Origin: Alphaproteobacteria bacterium
Lineage (GTDB): Bacteria > Pseudomonadota > Alphaproteobacteria > UBA828
Length of the DNA stretch: 64,000 bases
Reading direction: 5' to 3'
Assembly (NCBI GenBank): GCA_965220745.1
Contig: CBDCQT010000013.1
Coordinates: 384,001-448,000, forward strand
In this document: positions 29,281 to 39,998 of the stretch, in pieces
Position numbering within the stretch: position 1 is the stretch's first letter
Layout of the letters: the number at the start of each line of letters is the position of its first letter
The notes under the pieces: model-generated
What the model was told of the DNA's origin: nothing
The model's input: only the letters and a program-made list of their open reading frames with translations
Databases searched by the model: none
Made by a program: the position numbers and the translations under genes

Positions 29281-30909
29281 ATGCACGGCCTGATGCAGGA
29301 GATTCCGCTGATGATCTCGTCGTTGATTCGTTACGCAGCCGAGTATCACGGTGACCGCCAGGTGGTTTCGCGCACCGTCGAAGGCCCGATCCACCGCTAC
29401 GGCTACGCCGAGTGCGAGCGCCGCGCGCGGCGCGTCGCCAACCTCATGGCCCGGCTCGGCATCAAGCACGGCGACCGGGTCGGCACGCTGGCCTGGAACG
29501 GCTACCGCCATCAGGAGCTCTTCTACGGCGTCTCCGGCATGGGCGCCGTGCTGCACACGGTGAACCCGCGCCTCTTTACCGAGCAGATCGTCTACATCAT
29601 CAACCACGCCGAGGACCGGGTGCTGTTCGTGGACCTCACCTTCGTCGAGCTGGTGGAGCGGATCGTGGACCAGCTCACCACGGTCGAGCAGGTCGTGGTG
29701 ATGACCGACGAAGAGCACATGCCGGAGACCGCGCTTCCCAACGTCCTCTGCTACGAGACCCTGCTCGCGGGCGAGAGCGAGGACTACGACTGGCCGATCT
29801 TCGACGAGCGCGCTGCGTCCTCGCTCTGCTACACCTCGGGCACGACCGGTAACCCCAAGGGCGTGCTCTACAGCCACCGCTCAACCCTGCTGCACGCCAT
29901 GGCCGCCTGCCAGAACAGCGCCATGGGCATCTCCGCCCACGACGTGCTGATGCCGATCGCGCCGATGTACCACGGCAACGCCTGGTCGCTGCCCTATCTC
30001 GGCTGCCTCTCCGGCGCGGGCCTGGTGCTGCCCGGCACCAAGATGGACGGCCAGAGCCTGCAGGAGCTGATCGAAGGGGAGGGGGTGACCTTCGCCTTGG
30101 GCGTGCCCACGGTCTTCACCATGCTGATCGACCATCTCGACGAGAGCGGCAAGACGGTCGAAAGCCTGGAGCGCGTCGCCATCGGCGGCTCGGCGGTGCC
30201 GCGCGCGATGATCGAGCGGCTGGCCGACCCCTACGGCGTGACCGTGCACCAGCTCTGGGGCATGACCGAGACCTCGCCGCTCGGCACCATGGCGACGGCG
30301 ACTCCTGCGATCGACGCGCTCGCTGCCGAGGAGCGCCAGGCGGTGCTGAGCCAGCAGGGCCGCGTACAGTTCGGCCTGGAGCTCCAGATCACCGATGCCG
30401 ACGGCGCGCCGGTGCCCCGCGACGGCAAGACTTTTGGCGACATGTGGGTGCGCGGCAATTGGGCCGCCAGCGGCTACTTTAAGGGCGAGGGCGGGGACAA
30501 GCTCGACGACGACGGCTGGTTCCCCACCGGCGACGTCGCCACCCTCGACGAGCACGGCTTCATGCGCATCACCGACCGCACCAAGGACGTGATCAAGTCG
30601 GGCGGCGAGTGGATCAGCTCCATCGACCTGGAGAATGCGGCGGTGGGTCATCCCGACGTGAAGCAGGCCGCCGTCATCGGCGTCTTCCATCCCAAGTGGG
30701 AGGAACGGCCGCTCATGGTGGTGGTGCCGCGGGACGGCTGCGCGCCCGACAAGGACACCATCAACGCCTACCTCGCCGCCAGGGTCGCGAAGTGGTGGCT
30801 GCCCGACGACGTGGTGCTGGTCGACGAGCTGCCGCTGACCGCCACCGGCAAGATCCAGAAGTCGCGCCTGCGCGAGATGTTTCAAGATTACCGTCTGCCG
30901 GACGCCTGA
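29281..30909 (+). CDS. Acyl-CoA ligase (DmdB/AlkK-like long-chain-fatty-acid--CoA ligase)
   Basis: [43 protein letters not shown]. Confidence 0.92.
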   Translation: MHGLMQEIPLMISSLIRYAAEYHGDRQVVSRTVEGPIHRYGYAECERRARRVANLMARLGIKHGDRVGTLAWNGYRHQELFYGVSGMGAVLHTVNPRLFTEQIVYIINHAEDRVLFVDLTFVELVERIVDQLTTVEQVVVMTDEEHMPETALPNVLCYETLLAGESEDYDWPIFDERAASSLCYTSGTTGNPKGVLYSHRSTLLHAMAACQNSAMGISAHDVLMPIAPMYHGNAWSLPYLGCLSGAGLVLPGTKMDGQSLQELIEGEGVTFALGVPTVFTMLIDHLDESGKTVESLERVAIGGSAVPRAMIERLADPYGVTVHQLWGMTETSPLGTMATATPAIDALAAEERQAVLSQQGRVQFGLELQITDADGAPVPRDGKTFGDMWVRGNWAASGYFKGEGGDKLDDDGWFPTGDVATLDEHGFMRITDRTKDVIKSGGEWISSIDLENAAVGHPDVKQAAVIGVFHPKWEERPLMVVVPRDGCAPDKDTINAYLAARVAKWWLPDDVVLVDELPLTATGKIQKSRLREMFQDYRLPDA

Positions 30910-30941
30910 ACGGCTTTTCCCGCCACACTCCCGCCTGCGCC

Positions 30942-31706
30942 TCACTCCGGCCCGAGGGACAGGATCGATGTGGGGCTGGTGCGATACACGCGCGGAGCGA
31001 TTTCCGTCCAGGATTCATAGCGATTATCCGGGCTCAAGTGGGATTCGTCGGGATTAGCCGGGATTGAGTGAGATTCGCCGGGATTGACCGGGACTGCGGG
31101 GAACTCTGCGGGGTTCCACGGGTCCACCGGCACCGATGTGACGGTGCGGGGAGCAGGCGGGGGCCTGCCCTCCACCTCCGCGCGGATGATGGCGACGGCC
31201 TCCGGCGAGAGCCCGCCCTGGCCCTTGGCCTGGCCGGCGCCCTGCGCCGCCTTCTTCGCCGCCTGCTCCCGGTCTTTGCGCAGCTTGTCGGTGCCTTCGA
31301 TGCGCTTGAGGGTGAGGGCGAGGCGGGCGAGCTCCTCCGTCGACACGGGCTCTTCCCGCGCGCTGAGACGAGCCATGGTGGCGAGCGCCATGGTCCGCAG
31401 GGTCTCGATCAGGATGAGCCCCGCCTGGCCCTCCGGGCGCTCGCCCAGCGCGTCCACCCACGCCTTGATGGTGCGGTCGGTCTCCTGCTGCTGGCGGATC
31501 AGGTCGCGCATGTTCTTGGCGTAGCGGCCGACGGCCGAGCGCGAGCATGTCTCGCCCTCGGCCCGGATGCGGGCGGTGATCTCGTCAATGGTGGCGCCGT
31601 CCGCGATGGCCGCGTCCACGGCCTCGCGCAGCTTGGCCGGCAGGCGGTCGACAGAGGAGCGCCCGAACGTCCCGGCCGTTGTGCTCTTGGGGGGTTCGTT
31701 TTGCAT
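30942..31706 (-). CDS. DUF3486 / Mu gp27-like phage protein with repetitive C-terminal tail
   Basis: GRSSVDRLP...ATIDEI...SRSAVGRY and a late GLSPE motif, characteristic of the Mu gp27 family. Alternative start at 31742. Confidence 0.75.
   Translation of the reverse strand: MQNEPPKSTTAGTFGRSSVDRLPAKLREAVDAAIADGATIDEITARIRAEGETCSRSAVGRYAKNMRDLIRQQQETDRTIKAWVDALGERPEGQAGLILIETLRTMALATMARLSAREEPVSTEELARLALTLKRIEGTDKLRKDREQAAKKAAQGAGQAKGQGGLSPEAVAIIRAEVEGRPPPAPRTVTSVPVDPWNPAEFPAVPVNPGESHSIPANPDESHLSPDNRYESWTEIAPRVYRTSPTSILSLGPE
31011..31120. repeat. Degenerate 10-bp-period tandem array in the 3' part of the DUF3486-like gene
   Basis: Eleven units: GGATTCATAG CGATTATCCG GGCTCAAGTG GGATTCGTCG GGATTAGCCG GGATTGAGTG AGATTCGCCG GGATTGACCG GGACTGCGGG GAACTCTGCG GGGTTCCACG. 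Confidence 0.85.
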
Positions 31707-31975
31707 GGCGTGGCTGTGCCCGCGGGATGTTTCCTGGCTCATCCCGCGATGCTGCCCCACGCCGCCCCTCCCTGTGCACCGCACCATGGTCCGGTTTCTC
31801 CCCCCGGCAGCCAACGAGGCGTTTGCCATCGATGCGAACCGGGCCGCAGGCCCGGACGGCGCGACAGCGCCGCGCGCGAAGCGCGGAGCCAAGCGAACGG
31901 AGTTCGCGCCCGGCGATTGAGGGAAATGAAAGAGTCAGGAGGGGACAGAGGGAGGTGGGGTCGCGAAGGCCCCGC

Positions 31976-34195
31976 CTAATGCGCCGACATCGTCTCGATG
32001 AGGTAACGGTCGAGTTCGACGACGAGTGCCAGGTCGTCCCGCTCCAGGGCCTCGCGGGCGGTGGGTGTCATCAGGAGGGCGCTGCACGGCACCTCTGCAA
32101 TCACCGGCGTCCGCGACACATGCGGCGCGAGCGCCGCGCCGGCGACAAGCGCATCGCCAGGGCCGTACTCCTCCACCCTAGAGCCGGTGTCGTCCTCGCG
32201 GGCGACGGCCCGGCCCTCGGTCACGAGGAGCATGCCGTCCATCACCTCGTCACGTGCCACCATGGTCTCGCCGGCCTCAAAGCTGCGGGTCTCCAGCCAG
32301 GGCGTGAGCCGATCCACGAGCGCCTCGAAGCGGGACTGCCTGTCGAGGTCGCGCATGGCGTGATCGACGGAAAGTCCGAACAGCTTCTCCCGCGCCTCGT
32401 CCGAGCCGCCGTGCTGCCGATCCCACTCGGCGATGACGAGGTCCTCGCAGCGTTCCAGCGCACGGTCGAGGTCCTCGACCAGGATCAGCGAATCCCGCAA
32501 GGGCGCAGGCAGGCCGCGATGGAGGATGGAGCGGACGTGCTCGGCTGCGGCGCTGAGCACGATCCGCGTGCCCCGCGCGTGCGCAGCCCGGACCGCGCGG
32601 CCCATGACGTTCGCGGCCGAGCTGTCGAAGCCCGAGACCTGGGCGAAGTCCAGCAACACGCACAGGGGAGGCGGGTCGGTCTTGAAAACCCGGTTCAGAC
32701 GGTCGCCGATGGCGGCGGCGTTGCCGAAGATGACATAGCCGCGCAGCCGATAGACCTGCACCCGCTCGCCCCAATGGCGGAGAATGGCGCCATGGGTGGC
32801 GGAACGGGTCCTCTTGCTGCGCTGCTCGCGCAGGGTGAAGGCGACCTCGACGACGCTCACCTTGCTGAAGCGCACGACGAAGAAGACCACGGCCGCCGCG
32901 AGCCCCACGGCCACGCCCTCCAGAAACCCGACGAAGACGATGACGAGCGAGACCGCGAGGACGATGCCGTAATCCAGCCACGGCAGCGTCTTGCGGTTGG
33001 AGACCAGCACTTCGTAGGGCAGGTTGAGTCCGACGAACAGCACAAGACCGCCGAGCACCGGCGTCGGAATCAGCGCCAGGACGTCGCCGCCGACGAACAG
33101 AATCAGGCCGACGATGACCGCGACCGTGATCCCCGTCAGCCGGGTCTCGGCCCCGGTTGCGTGGCTGACCGCGGAGTTGGGGATCGAGTTGCAGCCGGGG
33201 GCGCTGCCGCCGAGCCCGGCCAACAGGCTGGAGACGCCTTCCGCGCGGAACTCCCTATTCAGGTCGATCTGGACGCCGCTGATCAGCTCCAGCCCGCCCG
33301 CACAGAACACGAGGCTGATCAAGGCGACCAGCATCACGGCCAGGATTCCGGGAAGCTGAGACGTCACGACACCCCAGTCCACGAGAGCGAGATCGCCCAG
33401 CCCGATTGGGGGCCAGGCGGAGCCCGCCGGAATACCCACGAACAGGATGCCCGCCGCAGTGGCTTCCGCGAGCGAAATGTCGAGTGCGAAAAGCGTGGCG
33501 TGGCAGACCCCGATCGCGACCACTGCCGATCCGGGCAGGATGAGATAGTGGGGCCGGACCTTGGCGACGACGAGCAGCAGGACACCATAGAACACGGCCG
33601 GCGCCCACTTCTGGATCGTGTCGATCTCGGCCAGCGTGGGCAGCGTCTCCCACGTCATCGTGATTCCGCTCGCCACCGCGACGCTGCTCTTGACCAGGAA
33701 CCAGCCGAGCCCCGCAAGAAACCCGCCAACCAGGGGGTAGGGCATGAAGCGGAACAGACGGGCGAGCCCGAACCAGCCTATGAGCAGGTAGCAGATCGCC
33801 GTCGCCACGGTCGACAGGCCGACAATGACGATCATCGTCGCAAACACCGCCTCGCCGCTGGCGGAAACCATGACGGCGGCGACCGCAGCGCCGATCGTCA
33901 GCAGCACCGCAGCCGGCGCGAAGTGGGGGACGGAGATCGTGCCCTTGTAGGTGCACGCGAGCGCCGTGAGAAAGCACATGACGAGCGTGCCGAACAGGAT
34001 CGCACCCGTGCCCTGGGGGACGAGCGGGGAGAGTGGGCCCGAGAAGATGATGGAGGCGATGGCGGCTTCGCCGACCAGCACGATCACAGCGATGATGAGG
34101 CCCGTGGAGAGCGCAGTCGGCAGCATGGCCGAGCCGGCATCGGCCCGCAGCTCCGATGCGAGTGCGCGAACCGCGAGCGCGATTCGTGTCGTCAT
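31976..34195 (-). CDS. SulP-family anion transporter with STAS and cNMP-binding domains
   Basis: Many TM helices, RFMPYPLVGGFLAG, STAS region (LRGYVIFGNA...LDFAQVSGFDSSA), C-terminal cNMP-like domain. Confidence 0.88.
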   Translation of the reverse strand: MTTRIALAVRALASELRADAGSAMLPTALSTGLIIAVIVLVGEAAIASIIFSGPLSPLVPQGTGAILFGTLVMCFLTALACTYKGTISVPHFAPAAVLLTIGAAVAAVMVSASGEAVFATMIVIVGLSTVATAICYLLIGWFGLARLFRFMPYPLVGGFLAGLGWFLVKSSVAVASGITMTWETLPTLAEIDTIQKWAPAVFYGVLLLVVAKVRPHYLILPGSAVVAIGVCHATLFALDISLAEATAAGILFVGIPAGSAWPPIGLGDLALVDWGVVTSQLPGILAVMLVALISLVFCAGGLELISGVQIDLNREFRAEGVSSLLAGLGGSAPGCNSIPNSAVSHATGAETRLTGITVAVIVGLILFVGGDVLALIPTPVLGGLVLFVGLNLPYEVLVSNRKTLPWLDYGIVLAVSLVIVFVGFLEGVAVGLAAAVVFFVVRFSKVSVVEVAFTLREQRSKRTRSATHGAILRHWGERVQVYRLRGYVIFGNAAAIGDRLNRVFKTDPPPLCVLLDFAQVSGFDSSAANVMGRAVRAAHARGTRIVLSAAAEHVRSILHRGLPAPLRDSLILVEDLDRALERCEDLVIAEWDRQHGGSDEAREKLFGLSVDHAMRDLDRQSRFEALVDRLTPWLETRSFEAGETMVARDEVMDGMLLVTEGRAVAREDDTGSRVEEYGPGDALVAGAALAPHVSRTPVIAEVPCSALLMTPTAREALERDDLALVVELDRYLIETMSAH

Positions 34196-34245
34196 CGGAC
34201 CATTGTGGCGGAATACGAGCCGGGTGCCGAACGGGAAAGAGGCGC

Positions 34246-35064
34246 TCAGCTATACCAGGCGGGCGCGGTGTCGTAGCCGGCGAACGCCTCGCCGTCATGG
34301 CCGACGAAGATTTCCGCGTCGCGCTCCAGCGCGACATCCTTGAGGCGCTTCATCGAGGCGACCGCCTTCACCGGGTCCAGGTGGAAGCTCGGGATGATCT
34401 CCTGCTCCAGTCCCTTGCGGGTGTAGGCGGCGTCGGCGGTGAACAGCATGGGCCGCCTGCCCGCGAGCTCCACCAGCAGGCTGTAGTGCCCGGCGGTGTG
34501 GCCCGGCGTCTCGATCAGGTGGAGGCCCTTGGCGATCTCCTGATCGCCGCTGATGAGCTCGAACCTGGGCGTCCAGATGTCGCTCTCGGGATCCTCCGGC
34601 ACGTCGCGTCCCTCTTTCGCGAGCCGTTCGCGGTAGAGATCGGCGTGGAAGCTCATGTCGGAGTAGCCCAGCATCTCGAACGGCGCCGGGGACGCGCACT
34701 GGGCGAATTCGAGCGCGTGGCAGACCGTGCAGGCCTCACGCAGGTGGCGGTTTCCGCCGCAGTGGTCGAAGTGGTAGTGCGAGTTGACGACGTAGTCCAC
34801 GTCCTCCGACCGGTAGCCGGCGAGCACCAGCGCGCCGACCAGGGTCTGCGTCTCCGACTGGATCGGCTTCTCGAAGGGCAGCACGGCATTGACGTGGTCG
34901 CAGTCGAAGCCGGTATCGAAGAGATAGAGTCCGTCGGCGTGGTCGATCAGCACGCTGTAGACCGGGAAGCGCACCTCACCGGCCGGCCCGCGGTTCCAGT
35001 AGATGTGGAAGCCGTCGATCACCAGCGTGCCGCCGTCCAGGATGAAGACCCGTGTCTGTTTCAT
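34246..35064 (-). CDS. pldA: 4-pyridoxolactonase-like metallo-beta-lactamase (AHL-lactonase family)
   Basis: HYHFDH metal motif and TPGHTAGH. LDGG.LV.DG.H..WNRGP.GEVRFPVYS, VLPFEKPIQ and PFE.LGYSD match my recollection of Mesorhizobium 4-pyridoxolactonase. Confidence 0.8.
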   Translation of the reverse strand: MKQTRVFILDGGTLVIDGFHIYWNRGPAGEVRFPVYSVLIDHADGLYLFDTGFDCDHVNAVLPFEKPIQSETQTLVGALVLAGYRSEDVDYVVNSHYHFDHCGGNRHLREACTVCHALEFAQCASPAPFEMLGYSDMSFHADLYRERLAKEGRDVPEDPESDIWTPRFELISGDQEIAKGLHLIETPGHTAGHYSLLVELAGRRPMLFTADAAYTRKGLEQEIIPSFHLDPVKAVASMKRLKDVALERDAEIFVGHDGEAFAGYDTAPAWYS

Positions 35065-35096
35065 CGCGTCGTCCTCCGTCCCTGTCGCGCTCCAAT

Positions 35097-36035
35097 CTAC
35101 CGCTGCCCGCGCACGTAGGGCAGGCCGAGTGCGGCGGGCAGGCTCGCGCGCCGTGCGAACAGCACCAGCACGATCATCACCATGAGGAAGGGCAGCATCT
35201 GCACCACATCCGTGGGCACGTTGACGCCGCCCACCTGGAGCGCCGTGGTGAGCGAGAGGCTCGCGCCGAAGAGGAAGGCGCCGATCAGCACCCAGATCGG
35301 CCGCCCGCGCGCCAGCATCGCGAGCACGATGGCGATGAAGCCGGCGCCCCCGGTCATGAAGGGGACGAAGATGCCGGCACCGATCATCGCCATGTAGGCG
35401 CCGCCCATACCGGCCATCGCGCCAGTGAAGAGCACCGACCAGGTGCGCGTTGCGGTCACGCTGATGCCGGCGGCGTCGAGCGCATCGGGCTTGTCGCCGG
35501 CGGCCTGCAGGTTGAGCCCGACGTGGGTGTTGCGGAAGAGGTAGGCGAGGACCAGCACGAGGAAGACCGCGATGTAGACCATCGGATGCCGGGCGAAGAG
35601 GCTCGGCCCGATGATCGGAATCTCGCTCAATCCCGGAATATCCAGGGTTTCGACCCGCGGCAGGCGCGGGTAGGTGCGGCTGAACTGCACGTGGTGGAGG
35701 AGGGCGGTGATCCCATCCGCGCCGAGGGTGAGCGCGATTCCGATCACGATCTGGTTCAGCCCCAAGCGCACGCAGAAGAGCGCCATCAGCATCGCCATCA
35801 CGAGGCCCGCGGCGGCGCCCGCGAGGAAGCCGAGCCAGAGCGAGTTCGTGCCGAAGGCGGTGGCGAAGCCGGCGTAGGCGCCGAACAGCATCATCCCCTC
35901 GATGCCGATATTGAGGACGCCGGCCTTCTCCGAGACCTGCTCACCGAGCCCCGCCAGCAGCAGCGGCACGCCGGCCGCGACCGCGCCCGCGATCAGCGAG
36001 ATCAGGAAGGCATCGCTGAGCAGGCCCTGCGACAT
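35097..36035 (-). CDS. ABC transporter permease (BMP/nucleoside type)
   Basis: LGEQVSEKAGVLNIGIEGMM, GAGFIAIV, MLPF, PAALGLPY. Confidence 0.9.
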   Translation of the reverse strand: MSQGLLSDAFLISLIAGAVAAGVPLLLAGLGEQVSEKAGVLNIGIEGMMLFGAYAGFATAFGTNSLWLGFLAGAAAGLVMAMLMALFCVRLGLNQIVIGIALTLGADGITALLHHVQFSRTYPRLPRVETLDIPGLSEIPIIGPSLFARHPMVYIAVFLVLVLAYLFRNTHVGLNLQAAGDKPDALDAAGISVTATRTWSVLFTGAMAGMGGAYMAMIGAGIFVPFMTGGAGFIAIVLAMLARGRPIWVLIGAFLFGASLSLTTALQVGGVNVPTDVVQMLPFLMVMIVLVLFARRASLPAALGLPYVRGQR

Positions 36036-36041
36036 GGCCGG

Positions 36042-37127
36042 TCAGTCCCGTGCCGCCATCTGGCGGCGCTGGCCGAGCCACTCGGTGAGCGCGAGGAAGA
36101 TCAACATGAGCGCTACCAGCACCAGGATGAAGTAGTTGGGCAGCCCCGCCTTGCGCGAGGCGGTCTCGCCGCCGATGGAGAGCACGGCGAAGAAGAAGAC
36201 GAAGCCGATCACGGCGATGCCGTTGAAGCGGGCGAGGAAGACCAGGGGGATGATCATCAGGCCGTAGGCCGGGTTCCAGTCGGCCCGCACGTTGCCCCAG
36301 ACACCGAGGATCTCGACCGAGCCGGCGAGTCCGGCGAGGCCTGCGCTCAGCGCGAACACGGCGACCATCAGCGCGCCGAGCGGGAGCCCAACGTGCACCG
36401 CAGCGCGGGGGTTCGCGCCCACGAGACGCAGACGCAGGCCGAACGATGTCCGCGTCATCAGCCAGTGGATGAACAGGATCACCGCGAGGCCGACGATCAC
36501 GCCCACGTTGATCGTGCTGCCGAAGAGGCGCGGCAGGCGGTCGTCAGTCGCCAGCGTCTCGGTCTGCGGCACTGTGGTGGTGGGGTCGTCGAAGGGGAGC
36601 TTGATGAGCACGTTCGCCGCGCTGATCCCCAAAAAACTCATCATCAGCGTGGTCACGATCTCGTTGACCCCGTAGTAGGCCTTGAGCAGCGCCGGCAGCA
36701 GCGACCAGACGGCGCCAACGGCCATTGCCACCACCATTACCAGCGGCAGCACCAGCCAGACCGGCAGCACCGTGACCAGCGCCGGCGCGAGCGCGGCCGA
36801 AATCACCGCAGCCAGCAGGAACTGCCCGTCGACGCCCAGGTTCCAGAGGCCGGCCCGGAAGGCGACGATCAGGCTCGCGCCGAGCAGCAGTAATGGCGCG
36901 CAGCGGGTGATCGTGTCCTGCAGCCCGATCCAGCTCAGCAGGCCGCGTCGGACGATGTGGTAGTAGAAGGCGCCGGGGTCCGCGCCGAGCACCAGCAGGA
37001 TCAGCGCGCCGACGCCAAGCGCGAGCACGATAGGCAGCAGCGCCGCCGCAACCGGCACGGCCCAGCGGCGCAACGCGGTCGCGCCGGAGGCGAGCCGCTC
37101 CTCATGTGCGGTCGGCGCGTGTGTCAT
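36042..37127 (-). CDS. ABC transporter permease (BMP/nucleoside type)
   Basis: AFRAGLWNLGVDGQ, NEIVTTLM, GANPRAA. Confidence 0.9.
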   Translation of the reverse strand: MTHAPTAHEERLASGATALRRWAVPVAAALLPIVLALGVGALILLVLGADPGAFYYHIVRRGLLSWIGLQDTITRCAPLLLLGASLIVAFRAGLWNLGVDGQFLLAAVISAALAPALVTVLPVWLVLPLVMVVAMAVGAVWSLLPALLKAYYGVNEIVTTLMMSFLGISAANVLIKLPFDDPTTTVPQTETLATDDRLPRLFGSTINVGVIVGLAVILFIHWLMTRTSFGLRLRLVGANPRAAVHVGLPLGALMVAVFALSAGLAGLAGSVEILGVWGNVRADWNPAYGLMIIPLVFLARFNGIAVIGFVFFFAVLSIGGETASRKAGLPNYFILVLVALMLIFLALTEWLGQRRQMAARD

Positions 37128-37134
37128 CGCGCGA

Positions 37135-38718
37135 TCACGCCTGGGCGCCGACCCCGATCATGAGCTCGCCGACCCGGCGCGCCGCGTCGCCGTCGTTCTC
37201 CACGATGCCGACCATACGGCCGTCGAGCATGACCCCGATGCGGTCCGAGAGCTCCAGAATTTCGTCGAGGTCGGTCGAGATCAGAATCGTCGCGACGCCC
37301 GCATCGGCGTTCTCGCAGATCGCACGGCGGGCGCGGCGGATGTTGTTCAGGTCGAGCCCATACGTGGGCTTGTTGTAGATCACTGCCATCGGCTGGGCAT
37401 CGAGCTCGCGGGCGAGCAGCGCCTTCTGCACGTTGCCGCCGGAGAGATGCCCGAGCGGGGTCTCGGGGCCAGGCACGCGCACGTCGTGCTCGGCGATGAG
37501 CGTGCGCGCGTGGCGCTCCACCTCGGCGTTACGGATGATGCCGTGGCGCCAGAAGGGCTCGTCGCCGATCCGCTTCAGCAGCAGGTTGAGGCCGACGGGG
37601 AAGGCGGAGACGGTGCCTTCGCCGAGCCGGTCGTCGGTGACGTAGCGGAGCCCCGCGTGCTGGCGCTGGCGCACGCTCAGCCCCTCGATGGCCGTGCCGT
37701 CGAGCACGATGCGGCCCGCGTCCGCGTGGCGCTGCCCGGCGATCGCCTCGGCGAGCTGCTTCTGGCCGTTGCCGTCGACGCCCGCGATCCCGAAGACTTC
37801 GCGCTCCCGCACCGCGAAGCTCACACCCGCGTCGCCCGCCGCCGCCGGGCTGCCAGTCGGTCGGAGGTCGTCCACCTCGATCACCACTCGCTCGCCCGGC
37901 GCGGCCTCGCGCTGGGCGCGGCTCCGTTCGGGCACCGTCCCATCGGCAGCGGTGCCGAACATCAGGTCGACGATGTGGTCGATGGCCTCTTGCGGCGCGA
38001 GCTCAGCGAGGGTTTCCGGCGGAAGCTCGCCCACCTTGCGGCCTTGTCTCAGCACCGAGACCCGGTCGCCGAAGCGCACCGCCTCGTGCAGCTTGTGGGT
38101 GATGAAGAGCACCGCGATGCCGGCGTCCCGCAGCCGACCGATCACCCGCCCCAGGTCCTCGACACCCTGCGGCGTCAGCATCGAGGTCGCCTCGTCGAGG
38201 ATCAGCACGCTCTCGCCCCGCCACAGCGCCTTGACGATCTCGACGAGCTGCTGCTGACCGAGCGAAAGCGAGCCGAGCGGCGCGTCCTCCGGCAGCGCGA
38301 TGCCGAGCAGGCCGGCGATCTCGCTCAGCCTCGCGCGGGTCGCGGCGCGGTTCATGGGCGCGCGCCAGGAGGACCCCAGCATCAGGTTCTCAAGCACGGT
38401 GAGCGTCGGCACCAGGGTCGGGTGCTGGTAGACGGTGCCGATGCCGAGGTCGAGCGCGGTGCGCGGGCTCGCAATCCGGGTCTCGCGTCCGCGAATCTCG
38501 ACGGTGCCGGAATCGGGACGCTGCATCCCCGAGAGGATCGAGATCAGCGTCGACTTGCCGGCGCCATTCTCGCCCAGCAGTGCGTGAACCTCCGCCGGGT
38601 AGACGGCGAGCGAGACCGCGTCGTTGGCGACGACTCCGGGGAAACGCTTAGTGATGTCCCGCAGCACGACGATCGGCTCGGCCGTACTCGCGGCGGGATC
38701 AAGGGAGCGGGAGGCCAT
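37135..38718 (-). CDS. ABC transporter ATP-binding protein (CUT2, tandem domains)
   Basis: GENGAGKST, ILDEAT, LSGGNVQK, ISTDLDEI. Confidence 0.93.
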   Translation of the reverse strand: MASRSLDPAASTAEPIVVLRDITKRFPGVVANDAVSLAVYPAEVHALLGENGAGKSTLISILSGMQRPDSGTVEIRGRETRIASPRTALDLGIGTVYQHPTLVPTLTVLENLMLGSSWRAPMNRAATRARLSEIAGLLGIALPEDAPLGSLSLGQQQLVEIVKALWRGESVLILDEATSMLTPQGVEDLGRVIGRLRDAGIAVLFITHKLHEAVRFGDRVSVLRQGRKVGELPPETLAELAPQEAIDHIVDLMFGTAADGTVPERSRAQREAAPGERVVIEVDDLRPTGSPAAAGDAGVSFAVREREVFGIAGVDGNGQKQLAEAIAGQRHADAGRIVLDGTAIEGLSVRQRQHAGLRYVTDDRLGEGTVSAFPVGLNLLLKRIGDEPFWRHGIIRNAEVERHARTLIAEHDVRVPGPETPLGHLSGGNVQKALLARELDAQPMAVIYNKPTYGLDLNNIRRARRAICENADAGVATILISTDLDEILELSDRIGVMLDGRMVGIVENDGDAARRVGELMIGVGAQA

Positions 38719-38841
38719 GGTCAGGCCACCTTGCTACCGGTCAGGTCGGGCGGCACTGAGTCGGCCGCCGGGAAAGGGCAGGCGGTGCCCGGCGCGCGGT
38801 GCTCTTGCGCCGCCGGGCGTCGCCTGCGTTCTCTGCGTGCG

Positions 38842-39885
38842 CTACTCAGCCGCGTCCACCGACGACATCAGAGCGCGTACCTCCGTGGCCTCCCAGATCG
38901 CGGGCACGTCGATCTCGCCCGCGATGATTTGGGCCCGGACGTCCATCAGCCCCGCCCACATCTCGTCGGAGATGTGCGCCGTCCGCAGCAGCTGCACCGA
39001 ATCGTCGGCGAGCTGGATGGCATAGCCGACGGTGCCGAACGTGCCGCTCTTCAGGTCTTCGACCATCGCGGAGTAGACCGGCACCATGTTCCAGACCACG
39101 GATGAGAGCAGGTGGCCCTTGTCGATCTCGCTCTTGTCGCCGATCACGTCGATGAACAGCACCTTGCCGCCATCGGCCGCAGGCACCGTCTCCACCGCCT
39201 GAAGCATGCCGAAGGTGGAGCCGTCGCCCTGGCCGAACACGATGTCGGCACCGGCCGCGATCACCGATTCCGTGACCCGCTTGCCGCCCGCCGCATCGGC
39301 GTAGGCCGCGGGCCCGATCACGGCGTAGAGCAGGTCCACGTCGGGATTGGCGGCGCGCGCGCCCATGGCGAAGCCGGCGGACTGCGAGTTCCAGGACGGC
39401 GGCTCGCCCGAGACGACGATGCCGAGCGTGCCGGTGCGCGAAAGCTGCGCCGCCAGCATGCCGGCCATGTAGGCGCCGTCATGCCCGCTCAGCGTGTAGT
39501 CGGCCACAAGACCCGGCACCATGTCTTCAGGCCTGTCCACGATCGCCACCGCAACCCCGGTTTCGGCGGCGATCTCGGGCGCTGCGGTGTTGTAGCCGCT
39601 GGCGTGGGCGATCATCAGGTCGGCCCCTTCGGCCGCGAGCTCGCGCAGCGTCGGCCGCACGTCGCCGTAGCCGAGGCCTTCGGCCGAGATGACCTCGAGC
39701 CCCATGGCCTCGCCGACCGCCCGTGTCGCGTCGACGCCCTGCTGGTTCCAGCCGAAGTCGGTGCCCTGCTCAGGCACCAGGACCGCAATCGTGTCGATCT
39801 CCTGCGCCTGCGCACCGGTGATCACCGCGGCCAGACCGATCGCTGCGAGCGCCGATACGGCCATTCTGTGCAACTTGGGTGTCAT
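38842..39885 (-). CDS. BMP-family ABC transporter substrate-binding protein
   Basis: Signal peptide MTPKLHRMAVSALAA...AQA; DFGWNQQG, AYMAGMLAA, GADIVF. True start is ATG 39885 (GGAG RBS), inside the 1097-aa track ORF. Confidence 0.88.
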   Translation of the reverse strand: MTPKLHRMAVSALAAIGLAAVITGAQAQEIDTIAVLVPEQGTDFGWNQQGVDATRAVGEAMGLEVISAEGLGYGDVRPTLRELAAEGADLMIAHASGYNTAAPEIAAETGVAVAIVDRPEDMVPGLVADYTLSGHDGAYMAGMLAAQLSRTGTLGIVVSGEPPSWNSQSAGFAMGARAANPDVDLLYAVIGPAAYADAAGGKRVTESVIAAGADIVFGQGDGSTFGMLQAVETVPAADGGKVLFIDVIGDKSEIDKGHLLSSVVWNMVPVYSAMVEDLKSGTFGTVGYAIQLADDSVQLLRTAHISDEMWAGLMDVRAQIIAGEIDVPAIWEATEVRALMSSVDAAE

Positions 39886-39998
39886 GGTCGGTTCTCCCCT
39901 TGCTACGGTGATTTGGGCCTCCGCCGCGCCAAACTGCGACGGAGGCCCGTTCGTTCCCGGCACCGGGCGGGCGACCGCGCGCCCGGCCCTGGATACGG

